A stretch of DNA of 24,639 nt from a virus (Duplodnaviria > Caudoviricetes): positions 1-24,639 of the IMG/VR virus record IMGVR_UViG_3300012347_000324; one strand, given 5' to 3'. How positions within the stretch are numbered: position 1 is the first letter of the stretch; each line of letters begins with the position of its first letter. The notes beneath the pieces are model-generated. The model had not been told where the DNA came from. It made no database searches and saw nothing but the letters and a program-made list of their open reading frames with translations. The position numbers and the translations under genes are program-made. Below, piece by piece: positions 16,524 to 24,639 of the stretch.

Positions 16524-16901
16524 ATGGGTGCTGCTGAAATCACTCTTACCGTCGCAGGTATTGTCGGCGCCCTGGCCACCATTTTCGGTGGGTTCCGCTG
16601 GATTTACAAGACCGCGAACCGTATCGAGAATAACCTGGGCGTTGACAAGGACGGGCGCTCGGTCGCTGAACGCATGGCGCGCGTTGAGCACCAGGTATTC
16701 CCAAACGGGGGCGGAAGCCTTTCCGACCAGGTGAAGGAAGTCGCTGAGGCGGTCATTGAAATCAAAGCCAAGACCGACATCATCGAGCAGTTGCTTATGA
16801 ACATGGTGAACCCGAACGCATACAGCAACAATAGTAAACGATCTGGACGTAGCCCCAGAGACGCCAAAAACAACTCGGTTACGAAACAACCTATCAAATA
16901 A
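16524..16901 (+). CDS. Single-pass membrane protein of the actinophage lysis-associated NGGxSLxD type
   Basis: AGGAG RBS then ATG at 16524; N-terminal TM helix; PNGGGSLSDQV followed by coiled coil. Confidence 0.7.
   Translation: MGAAEITLTVAGIVGALATIFGGFRWIYKTANRIENNLGVDKDGRSVAERMARVEHQVFPNGGGSLSDQVKEVAEAVIEIKAKTDIIEQLLMNMVNPNAYSNNSKRSGRSPRDAKNNSVTKQPIK
16816..16834 (+). promoter_or_regulatory. 19-bp late motif, copy 6 (upstream of major capsid)
   Basis: Exact copy; also shares the downstream TAAACGA with copy 1. Confidence 0.8.
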
Positions 16902-16921
16902 CTAAGAAAGGTTCCATAAAA

Positions 16922-17968
16922 ATGGACATTCGCTCACTACAGGTAGAAGCAGACGCACTTGCTGCTATCGCCAAGAACGGTGAACTAACCGCTGAGCAGG
17001 AGGCTCGCTTCGACGAGATCCTGGGCGCTCTGGAGACCCGCAAGTCACAGGCTGAGAAGGCTGCTCGCGCAGTTTCCTTGACCGACGCAACCACCGTTGA
17101 GACCACCGCAACTGAAGAGGCTCCCGCTTCTCTAGGCGCTGCTTTCATCCGCGCAACCGCAGGTACTTCACGTACTCGCACCAACCCAGTTGAGGTTCGC
17201 GCAGCAATCACCACCTCAAGCATCGTTACCAACCCAACCTTGGTTCCAGTTGGACCTGCTCCTGTTCGCTCACCACTTGCTGGTATCGTGAACATCGAGC
17301 GCGTTTCAACCACCTCTGTTGACACTGTTGTTGAGACCGTTGCTTACGGCGCTGACGTAGTTGTTGAGGGCCAGTTGAAGCCTGAAACCACTATCACCTT
17401 CACTCCTTCTTCTTTCGTACTTGACACCGTAGCAAACTACGTTGACGTAACTCGTCAGGCACTTGAGGACGAGACCCGTCTACAGGGCATCATCGATGGC
17501 GCTCTTCGCAACGGTCTTGTAAAGAAGTCAGAGCAGTTGATTGCTTCCGCTATCTCCAGCAACGCATCTATCACCACCGCAACCGCTCCTTCTCTACCAG
17601 ACGCGATCCGTTTCGCTATCGGTGACGTAGAGAACAACGGCTACACCCCAACCGCAGTATTGGTCAACCCATCTGACCTTGCTACCATGGACGTAACCAT
17701 TGCTAACCAGTTCCGCGCACTTGACAAGAACAGCACCCTATGGGGCCTAACTGTTGTTACCTCAAGCGACGTTGCTGCTGGCACCGCTTACGTTGGTGAC
17801 TTTGCTAACGCTGTTACTTGGTTCGACCGTGGCACCGCTGCTGTTTACAGCACCGACGCTGACGCTGACAAGTTCCGCCGCAACATCATCACCATCCTTG
17901 CTGAGACTCGCGCAAAGGCTGTAGTTGTACGCCCTGCTGCGATCGTCAAGGCAGAGGTTGCTATCTAG
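16922..17968 (+). CDS. Major capsid protein, HK97 fold, with N-terminal scaffold (delta) domain
   Basis: VVEGQLKPET, VTRQALED, VLVNPSD, LWGLTVV, GTAYVGDF, FRRNIITILAETR, RPAAIVK; coiled-coil N-terminus ending EVRA (aa 91-94). Confidence 0.95.
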   Translation: MDIRSLQVEADALAAIAKNGELTAEQEARFDEILGALETRKSQAEKAARAVSLTDATTVETTATEEAPASLGAAFIRATAGTSRTRTNPVEVRAAITTSSIVTNPTLVPVGPAPVRSPLAGIVNIERVSTTSVDTVVETVAYGADVVVEGQLKPETTITFTPSSFVLDTVANYVDVTRQALEDETRLQGIIDGALRNGLVKKSEQLIASAISSNASITTATAPSLPDAIRFAIGDVENNGYTPTAVLVNPSDLATMDVTIANQFRALDKNSTLWGLTVVTSSDVAAGTAYVGDFANAVTWFDRGTAAVYSTDADADKFRRNIITILAETRAKAVVVRPAAIVKAEVAI

Positions 17969-17987
17969 TCTTTAGACTAACCACGCG

Positions 17988-18031
17988 TAGAGGGTGGGGA
18001 AACAGGGGACTCCCTTGGTCCCCACCCTCTA
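17988..18031 (+). terminator. Stem-loop/terminator after capsid gene
   Basis: TAGAGGGTGGGGA...TCCCCACCCTCTA 13-bp inverted repeat. Confidence 0.7.
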
Positions 18032-18068
18032 TTCATATAGACCCCATACACTTCTAAGGAGCCGCGAA

Positions 18069-18719
18069 ATGGCCTACTGCCAACCATCAGACGTAGAGCG
18101 CTACATCACCCCAACCGTGGGAGCAGACGTAGCAGGGGCTATCGCCGCAGCCCAAGAGCAGGTCAACCTGTACACCGGTGACCTTTTTGAGACCACAAAC
18201 CTAACCGTTTACGGCGAAGGCAACCGCCTCAACGTTGTAGACCTACCATACACCACCCAGTCCATCGCCTCTGTCGCATCATCGGTCGACGGCTCCCTGC
18301 TCTCCGAGGACGCCTGGTCGTTCGAGAACGGCAAGCCAGCCCGCGTACGCATCTACCCAAGCGCAGCGTGGAGCATCCTCATCGCAGGATCAGAACCTTA
18401 CAACGTGTCGGCCCGCCCTGGCATCGCGCGCGTCAACATTACGGGCGTGTTCGGAACTTCTAGCGTTCCAGCGCCCATCAAGGAAGCCACTGCTCTCCTT
18501 GCCGCAAACTTCCTAGCCTCAACCGGCCAGGGCGCACTCACCTCTGACGCAGAAGCCAAGATTGGCGCACCAGCCGACGTCTCCTCCATCACCGTAGAGG
18601 GCTACTCAGTAACTTACCGCGACACCGGCGTCAGCGACCTATCCCAGACCACCGGGCTAACCACTGTTGACCGTATGATCGCCCCATACCGTCGCACCAA
18701 GCGCGCAAGGATTTTCTAA
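18069..18719 (+). CDS. Head-tail adaptor/connector
   Basis: AAGGAG RBS, MAYCQPSDV start, VPAPIKEATALLA, SITVEGYSVTY, IAPYRR; position after the capsid gene. Confidence 0.8.
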   Translation: MAYCQPSDVERYITPTVGADVAGAIAAAQEQVNLYTGDLFETTNLTVYGEGNRLNVVDLPYTTQSIASVASSVDGSLLSEDAWSFENGKPARVRIYPSAAWSILIAGSEPYNVSARPGIARVNITGVFGTSSVPAPIKEATALLAANFLASTGQGALTSDAEAKIGAPADVSSITVEGYSVTYRDTGVSDLSQTTGLTTVDRMIAPYRRTKRARIF

Positions 18720-19039
18720 TGTTTACAGGGCCTTCACTAACCAGCCATGAAGTGACGGTCTCCCGCCAGCAGAGCGGTGTAGACGCAGAGGGAACCCCAC
18801 TTCAAACCTTCGCATACGTTGCCACCTTCCGTGGCGGCTTCGGTAGCGTTACCAGCGACCGCGAACTTGTAAAGGGTGACGCAGGTCAGCGTGTAGACGC
18901 AGCCGTGTCTATCCTTGGAAGCGCCAACGTTCTCATCGGAGACAAGGCCAACGTATCTGGCCGCGACTTCCGCGTTGTTGGTGTCCGCACTACCGGCCTT
19001 ACCACCCGCATTCTGCTCGCCTCCTGGGGGCTAAACTAA
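18719..19039 (+). CDS. Head closure/stopper protein
   Basis: Size, position and beta-rich VTVSR...DAEG.P...IGDKA...GRDFRVVGV pattern. Confidence 0.7.
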   Translation: MFTGPSLTSHEVTVSRQQSGVDAEGTPLQTFAYVATFRGGFGSVTSDRELVKGDAGQRVDAAVSILGSANVLIGDKANVSGRDFRVVGVRTTGLTTRILLASWGLN

Positions 19040-19371
19040 TGAAGATTGATTCCTCCGAGTTTGAACGTTCAGCGAAGCGCGCACTTGACCGCTTGGCTGA
19101 AAACGTCATGGAGGAAGTTATCAAGGCAGGCCACGAGGTCCGCAACGAGGCTATCCGGAAGACCCCGGTGGACACGGGCGCCCTTCGTTCCGGCTGGAAG
19201 ATCCGCATTCAGCGCCTTGGCAAGGGCGGCCGGGTTACCGTCTCGAACGAAACCCCATACGCTCGCCACGTAGAATACGGCACACGCTACACCCGCCCGC
19301 AGCCTATGCTTGGCCCAGCCATCAGAAGCGTTATCCCTAAACTGACCGCCCGCTTGAGAGGACTAAAATAA
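19039..19371 (+). CDS. HK97 gp10-like neck/tail completion protein
   Basis: TPVDTGALRSGW, YARHVEYGT, PQPMLGPA. Confidence 0.9.
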   Translation: MKIDSSEFERSAKRALDRLAENVMEEVIKAGHEVRNEAIRKTPVDTGALRSGWKIRIQRLGKGGRVTVSNETPYARHVEYGTRYTRPQPMLGPAIRSVIPKLTARLRGLK

Positions 19372-21797
19372 TGACCACCCCACAGACCGTAGCAGGCGCT
19401 ATCCGAGCACGTCTCATCCAGGTGTTCCCTGACCTCCAGGTGTTCCGCAACGAGGCCCCACAGGGCACACAGACCCCGCTAGTCATCATTACAGACGGCC
19501 TCAACGTACAGGGCGAAGACCTAGGTGATGACCTGCTCCTAACCGAACAGGTACAGGTTGACCTTTACATCGACTACGCACAGGTAACCAACTGGGCGGA
19601 CCAGATCCACGCAGCACTTCACCGCGCGCCCATCAGCGTTCCAGGCTCACAAATCCACCGCTGCCTCGTAACCGAGCGCATCAACCAGCCAGCAGACGCA
19701 GGCAACGAAGATGGCGTTGAGCGCATCACTTTCACCGTGCTGGTTCGCCGCCGCATGTCTGCCACCGAATACGGCAACCTGCCCATCCAGCCAACCCCTA
19801 CCCTGTTGGAGATCCACGAGGCGCAGACCACTAACGTTCACGGCATTGCGAACACCGCCGAACTAGAGACCCAAACGGGTGCCCAGGCAAAGGCAGACAA
19901 CGCACTCGCGGCTGCTAACGCCTACACCGATGCTGCCCTGGAAGACATCAATGTCCCAGACCTTTCACTTTACGAAACCATCGTGGGCGCACAGGCCAAG
20001 GCTGACGCAGCCGAAGCGGCTGCTATTGTAGCGTCTAACGCTTACACCGATCAGGAAGTGGTCGAACTAACCAACGGCACCACCGACTTTGAGGCGGCCC
20101 AGTTCAACACCGCAACGCCAGGAACTTCTGCCGTTGGTCGTCTAACATGGAACCAGACAGATGGCACGCTCGACCTTGGGCTCATTGGCGGCAATGTTAC
20201 CCTACAGGTAGGGCAAGAGACCGTTCAGCGTATCAACAACCGGACCGGTTCAGCATTTACCGATGGCCAGGTAGTTTATGTCAATGGCTCACAGGGCAAC
20301 AGGCTCACCGCAGCCCTAGCGCTCGCAACTAACGACATGCTCTCCGCAAGAACCTTCGGTATTGTGACAGAACCAATCGCCGACAACCAGTCAGGTTTCG
20401 TCACAACCTCCGGCCTTGTTCGCAACATTGATACCAGTGCGCTACCCGAAGGCGCGGCAGTTTACCTTTCCCCAACCGTGCCCGGTGGGCTTACGGCAAC
20501 CAGGCCGCTAGCGCCAAACCATGGAGTGCTCGTCGGATGGTGTGTTCGCCAGCACGCAACCGTTGGAAGCATTTTCGTTCACGTTCAGAACGGCTTCGAA
20601 CTGGGTGAACTTCACAACGTACTCACAAACGGCACGCTAAACGGCCAGGTGCTAGCCTATGAAGCCTCCACCGGCCTCTGGAAGCCTGTGAACCCGGGAG
20701 ACCCTGCCGGAACCGCAGCAGCCGCCGTAGCGGCCCACGAAGGCGCCGTAGACCCTCACGGGGACCGCGCTTACGCAGACAGCCTGGCGCCTAACTACGC
20801 ACCTGCCACAGGCATTGACCCAACAGCCATTACGGGCACCGCGGTTATCACTACGGACCCACGCCTATCAGACAGCCGCACCCCAACCGCTCACGCAGCA
20901 AGCCACGCTGACGGCGGTTCCGATGAGATTGCGCTAGCCCCTGCTCAGATTACTCAGGATGGCGCAACGACCGGCCAAGTGCTAGCATGGAGCGGTAGCC
21001 AGTGGGCACCGGCAACCCCGTCAGCGGGAGCGACCGGCGGCACCTACCAGGGTCCATGGAGCGCGGGCTCGACCTACAGCAACTATGGCATGGTCACATA
21101 TGATGGAAGCATGTATGCCGCGACAGGTACCCCAGCCGCAGGAACCGCCCCAGCAGTAACCGCCGCCACCTTCAACAGCAACCTGACCAGCGCAGACTGG
21201 ACACGCCTCAACGTGGCCGCCCTGGCATCCCCGGCAATCACCCTGGTCAACAACACCACCAACACCCTGGCCCAGGCATACAACTCCTCTAGCACCCTAA
21301 GCCTATCCGCCCGCTCAACCTCTACCGTTCGAGTGACCCAAACGGTAGACCTATCTATGATCGGAACCGCAGACGGCATTCACGTTGGCTTCTTTACAAG
21401 CGCCTTCACCCCAACCGCGGGAAGCGTTTGGTGGGCCCAGACCGCCGCGATTTCGGTATTCTTCGATATCTTCAACGGACGCATTGGGCTTGTTACCAAC
21501 GGAGCGCTACAGCAGCAAGTAACCAACCCAAGCCTGCGTACGGGCACCAGTTCCGTCTTTGACCAATACAGACTGGAATGGACCTTTACATCCACAAACA
21601 CAAACGTGACGGTATACAGAAACAACACCCAGGTTGCTTCCTTTACCTTCACGCTAAACTCTGGACTGACCTCGGTCCGAGACGGGCTTGCTGGAACTAC
21701 CGGTGGTTCGGCAGGTACGTTCCGCGCGCAGAACTATTCGCGCACCTGGACCCCGATTGTCAACACCGGCTGGCAGAGGCTGTTCACCCTGCCGTAA
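19371..21797 (+). CDS. Tail terminator-like domain fused to long fibre/adhesin-like extension
   Basis: aa ~1-128 resemble tail terminators (AP....PLVII, QVQVDLY, I..ALH) in the expected gene slot; then GAQAKAD..A.AYTD repeats, GQVL.(Y/W)....W.P fibre repeats and a Thr/Ser-rich beta domain. Confidence 0.75.
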   Translation: MTTPQTVAGAIRARLIQVFPDLQVFRNEAPQGTQTPLVIITDGLNVQGEDLGDDLLLTEQVQVDLYIDYAQVTNWADQIHAALHRAPISVPGSQIHRCLVTERINQPADAGNEDGVERITFTVLVRRRMSATEYGNLPIQPTPTLLEIHEAQTTNVHGIANTAELETQTGAQAKADNALAAANAYTDAALEDINVPDLSLYETIVGAQAKADAAEAAAIVASNAYTDQEVVELTNGTTDFEAAQFNTATPGTSAVGRLTWNQTDGTLDLGLIGGNVTLQVGQETVQRINNRTGSAFTDGQVVYVNGSQGNRLTAALALATNDMLSARTFGIVTEPIADNQSGFVTTSGLVRNIDTSALPEGAAVYLSPTVPGGLTATRPLAPNHGVLVGWCVRQHATVGSIFVHVQNGFELGELHNVLTNGTLNGQVLAYEASTGLWKPVNPGDPAGTAAAAVAAHEGAVDPHGDRAYADSLAPNYAPATGIDPTAITGTAVITTDPRLSDSRTPTAHAASHADGGSDEIALAPAQITQDGATTGQVLAWSGSQWAPATPSAGATGGTYQGPWSAGSTYSNYGMVTYDGSMYAATGTPAAGTAPAVTAATFNSNLTSADWTRLNVAALASPAITLVNNTTNTLAQAYNSSSTLSLSARSTSTVRVTQTVDLSMIGTADGIHVGFFTSAFTPTAGSVWWAQTAAISVFFDIFNGRIGLVTNGALQQQVTNPSLRTGTSSVFDQYRLEWTFTSTNTNVTVYRNNTQVASFTFTLNSGLTSVRDGLAGTTGGSAGTFRAQNYSRTWTPIVNTGWQRLFTLP

Positions 21798-21810
21798 GCC
21801 TAAAAACTGA

Positions 21811-21829
21811 ACGCATACAGCAACAATAG
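21811..21829 (+). promoter_or_regulatory. 19-bp late motif, copy 7 (upstream of tail tube gene)
   Basis: Exact intergenic copy, 35 nt before the ATG at 21865. Confidence 0.82.
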
Positions 21830-21864
21830 AAACTGACCCCAGAAACCCAAGGAAGGTTCCACTT

Positions 21865-22398
21865 ATGTCCGATCTAAACACCCACGTGTTCGGAGCGCAG
21901 CACGCTGAAATCGCTGAACTTCTAACCGACACCCCACTTGGTGCTACCTATGGCACCCCATTTGACGTTCCTGGCCTCAAGAGCGTTAGCGTTTCCACCA
22001 CCTCTGACAGCAAGGAACTCCGAGGCGACAACCAGTTGCTCGCTAAGGAGACCGTTGTCCAGAACATCGAAGTTACCCTAGAGTTCGCTAAGTGGGACGC
22101 TCGCGTCTTCGCACTTATCACTGGCGCAACCCTGACCGAGAACTTGGATGAGTCATACTCTGTTAGCATGGGCGCTAACGCAACCCCAAAGGAGTTCAGC
22201 CTCCTTGCTCGTTCGGCATCAGCAACCGGTACCGGCACCGCAGTATCCATCTCATTCCCTAAGTTGAAGATCACCAACCTGCCTGACATGATTGGTCTAG
22301 CAGAGGAAGACTTCAAGACCGTTTCCGTTACCTGTGAGGCAATCCCAACTGCTACAGGTGTATGGTTCGACTACAACTACGAAGTTCCAGCCGTCTAA
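21865..22398 (+). CDS. Major tail (tube) protein
   Basis: YGTPFDVPGLKSVSV...ELRGDN motif; position between terminator and chaperone genes. Confidence 0.85.
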   Translation: MSDLNTHVFGAQHAEIAELLTDTPLGATYGTPFDVPGLKSVSVSTTSDSKELRGDNQLLAKETVVQNIEVTLEFAKWDARVFALITGATLTENLDESYSVSMGANATPKEFSLLARSASATGTGTAVSISFPKLKITNLPDMIGLAEEDFKTVSVTCEAIPTATGVWFDYNYEVPAV

Positions 22399-22420
22399 CA
22401 GACTCACGGGACCTTCCAGG

Positions 22421-22453
22421 CTCCCCGCGGTAACCATGAGAACCCGCGGGGAG
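22421..22453 (+). terminator. Stem-loop after tail tube gene
   Basis: CTCCCCGCGG...CCGCGGGGAG perfect 10-bp inverted repeat; no U tract. Confidence 0.5.
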
Positions 22454-22493
22454 TGACCCCAAACCCAGACCCCTAGCCCCAGGAGAGACCCCA

Positions 22494-22844
22494 ATGAACC
22501 AAGACATCTCGTCACAGATCAGCGCACCAGGCCGCAAAATCATCTTGTCAAACGGAAACGAAATCACCATTCGCTACGGGATGACCGCCCTCATCGAGAT
22601 TGAGCGCGAGTACGGTTCCGTTGGCGCCCTCGCAACCAGACTTCAAGACAAGACCGGTCCAGTGTTTACTACTTTGACCCACGCTCTATGGTGCGGCACT
22701 AACCGCAAACTGCCACTTGCCGCATTCAGCGACCTGATCGACCCAGCCCGGACCGCCGAGTACTCCACCGCTTTCGGCGAAGCCTTCAAAGAGGCAATGC
22801 CGAAGGGTGAGGCACAGCCGGGGGAAGCCCAGGCCGCGGAGTAG
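22494..22844 (+). CDS. Tail assembly chaperone (G-like)
   Basis: Position before tape measure; IRYGMTALIEIEREYGSV; slippery GGGGGAA near the 3' end. Confidence 0.88.
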   Translation: MNQDISSQISAPGRKIILSNGNEITIRYGMTALIEIEREYGSVGALATRLQDKTGPVFTTLTHALWCGTNRKLPLAAFSDLIDPARTAEYSTAFGEAFKEAMPKGEAQPGEAQAAE

Positions 22845-23113
22845 GCCGCGGCGACAACCTCATACCCTGGGACGACTGGTACTACATAGCCACGGTTGTC
22901 TTTCACCGCTCTGAAAAAGAGTTTTGGCGTATGACGCCCGCTCAACTTTACCTGCTCTCCGAAAAGCACCGCGAGGTCAATGACCCCAAGCGGCAGTCAG
23001 ACGCATACAGCAACAATAGTAGACGAGTCGTTCAAGTTGACCCCGACGACGTACGAACACCGGCAATCCTGGCAGGCCTGAAGGCCATGAAGCCACCGGC
23101 CAGACGAAAGTAG
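22494..23113 (+). CDS. Tail assembly chaperone, -1 frameshift product (GT-like)
   Basis: The -1 frame from G GGG GAA (22820-22826) is open to 23113 and reads ...WDDWYYIATVVFHRSEKEFWRMTPAQLYLL... Confidence 0.85.
23001..23019 (+). promoter_or_regulatory. 19-bp late motif, copy 8 (inside chaperone extension, upstream of tape measure)
   Basis: Exact copy, 100 nt before the ATG at 23120. Confidence 0.78.
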
Positions 23114-23119
23114 GAGCAG

Positions 23120-24639
23120 ATGGCATTCAACGACATCGCACCAATCGGGGTAACCTTTGAGGTAGACACGAGCGGACTGCGCAAAGCAGAAGCCGCCATC
23201 TCCGGCGTGGGCGACAACGTTACCAAGAAGATGTCCGGCATTGGCAAGGCCGCAGGTCTCGCTATCGCAGCAGGTATCGCAGGCACAGCCATCGCCATTG
23301 GTCGCTCGGCATCAGCCGCAATCGGTCAAGCAGTTGACGCAGCATCAGACCTAAACGAAACAGTATCCAAGACCGGTCAAATCTTCGGTCAAGACGCACT
23401 GCCAGGTTTGGAAGCCTGGGCCGCCGGGGCAGCCTCCGCATTCGGACAGTCAAAGACCCAAGCGCTAGATGCCGCATCAACCTTCGCAACCTTCGGTAAG
23501 GGCGCTGGCCTCGCAGGCTCAGACCTAACCGGCTTTTCTACCAACCTTGTAGAACTCTCCTCAGACTTCGCCTCCTTCTTCAACGCAAGCCCTGAAGAGG
23601 CCATCACCGCGATCGGTGCCGCACTGCGCGGAGAGTCAGAGCCTATCCGTCGCTTCGGTGTGCTGCTAAACGACGCCACCCTCAAAGAGCGTGCGCTTCG
23701 TCTTGGCCTAATCAAGAGCACCAAGGAAGCCCTAACCCCTCAGGCCAAGGTCCTCGCTGCGCAAGCCGAGATTATGGCCCAGACTAGCGACGCACAGGGC
23801 GACTTTGCTCGCACCTCGGATGGCCTGGCAAACCAGCAGCGCATCCTCGCTGCCGAACTTGCCAACACCAAGGCAGAAGTCGGAACCGAGTTCCTGCCAA
23901 TCCAGTTAGAACTTACAAAGGCCTTCCGCGACATGCTTCCGGAACTCAAGGCAAACCTAATCCCCGCGATCAAGGACCTTGCCGGCTCATTCAAGACCGA
24001 CATCCTCCCTGCCATCATGGCGGCACTACCAGCGCTCATCAACCTTGCCGCTTTCCTTGGTCGCAACGCAAGCACGATCCTCGCTCTAACGCCAGTAGCC
24101 ATGGGCCTAGTCGGTGCCATCAAGGCCGTCAACGTGGTCACCATGCTACAGTCAAGCATCCTAAAGGGCCACCCCATCATTGGCCTAGCGGCTATCCTAA
24201 TCCCGCTTATCGCATACCTGGTTGACCTGGGCATCAAGACCGGCTTCTTCAACGACCTATTCAAGCGTCTCGGCGACACCATGAACTTCATCGGGGCCGT
24301 TATCAGCAAGGTCGTTGGCGACAGCGCAAAGGCAATCGGAGACTTCTTCAACGGCATCTTCGAGTTCCTGGGGGGCCTCGGCGAGAGCCTATACAACTTC
24401 GGCAAGACCGCATGGCAGGGCTTCGTACAGGGCGCCCTTGACGCACTCTTCTTCCTACCAAACCTTGCCGCTGACATCATCGCAAAGGTTCCACTAGTTG
24501 GTGAGGGCATCAGCGGAACCATCAAGAACGTAACAGGTGGAGCGCGCCAGGCCATCTCAACCGCAACGGGCACCCAGAACACCGCAGCAGCGAAGCAGGG
24601 TCAGCCACAGGTGAACTACTACAACGTTCAGGCCCAGGG
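23120..24639 (+). CDS. Tape measure protein (3'-truncated by window edge)
   Basis: AGGAG RBS and ATG at 23120; Ala/Gly-rich helical sequence with ASDLNETVSK, ALRGESEPIRRFGV, AQGDFARTSDGLANQQR. Absent from the ORF track because it runs off the window. Confidence 0.93.
   Translation, partial: MAFNDIAPIGVTFEVDTSGLRKAEAAISGVGDNVTKKMSGIGKAAGLAIAAGIAGTAIAIGRSASAAIGQAVDAASDLNETVSKTGQIFGQDALPGLEAWAAGAASAFGQSKTQALDAASTFATFGKGAGLAGSDLTGFSTNLVELSSDFASFFNASPEEAITAIGAALRGESEPIRRFGVLLNDATLKERALRLGLIKSTKEALTPQAKVLAAQAEIMAQTSDAQGDFARTSDGLANQQRILAAELANTKAEVGTEFLPIQLELTKAFRDMLPELKANLIPAIKDLAGSFKTDILPAIMAALPALINLAAFLGRNASTILALTPVAMGLVGAIKAVNVVTMLQSSILKGHPIIGLAAILIPLIAYLVDLGIKTGFFNDLFKRLGDTMNFIGAVISKVVGDSAKAIGDFFNGIFEFLGGLGESLYNFGKTAWQGFVQGALDALFFLPNLAADIIAKVPLVGEGISGTIKNVTGGARQAISTATGTQNTAAAKQGQPQVNYYNVQAQ

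Larger units (their letters stand above)
1..24639 (+). mobile_element. Tailed dsDNA bacteriophage (siphovirus-like, HK97-type head) genome segment
   Basis: Canonical order TerL-portal-protease-capsid-neck-tail tube-chaperone-tape measure, plus lysis and replication genes. No host housekeeping genes or integrase seen in the window. Confidence 0.97.

Noticed and set aside
17994-18068. GTG start at 17994 for the head-tail adaptor
   Set aside because: It lies inside the post-capsid hairpin; the ATG at 18069 has an AAGGAG RBS and a typical MAY start.
10601-22453. Shared CCCCGCGG...CCGCGGGG stems at 10601-10699 and 22421-22453 as one element family
   Set aside because: The similarity is limited to a short GC palindrome and the enclosed sequences differ, so it could be chance.
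3659-23019. 19-bp repeats as a CRISPR array or mini-array
   Set aside because: Copies are dispersed at irregular distances (162 bp to ~5 kb start to start), several lie inside genes, and no cas genes are present.
23740-24582. 280-aa minus-strand ORF and other long antisense ORFs (e.g. 3482..4258)
   Set aside because: Shadow frames of GC-rich, codon-biased + strand genes (tape measure, MTase) with no motifs of their own.

Overview
The whole window is part of a GC-rich tailed (siphovirus-type) phage genome. The host is probably an actinobacterium, inferred from gene families and GC content. Left to right it carries: the end of an exonuclease gene; a phage-encoded sigma-70 factor; an HTH replication-initiator-like gene; HNH and zinc-finger genes; a DNA methyltransferase-ParB-TerS-like cluster; a low-GC leftward cassette; two peptidoglycan peptidases; and TerL, an HK97-type head module, neck, tail tube, a frameshifted tail chaperone and the start of the tape measure gene. 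Main unusual observations: (1) the portal is a 957-aa four-domain polyprotein (portal, HAD phosphatase, uncharacterised domain, MuF), and its linkers carry the same x-[TVL]-R-[ASE] motif as the predicted capsid/protease maturation sites; (2) eight co-oriented copies of the 19-bp motif ACRCATACAGYAACAATAG precede late genes; (3) a second, three-copy element (CGGACGGA boxes, GCCGATAG-N6-TGTAG, 5' hairpin) precedes cassettes of small hypothetical genes; (4) a candidate ~125-nt structured RNA sits between two late motifs just upstream of the terminase operon; (5) the tail terminator is fused to a ~680-aa fibre-like extension; (6) an iteron-like array lies ~6 kb from the initiator gene. All calls come from reading motifs by eye; no searches were run.
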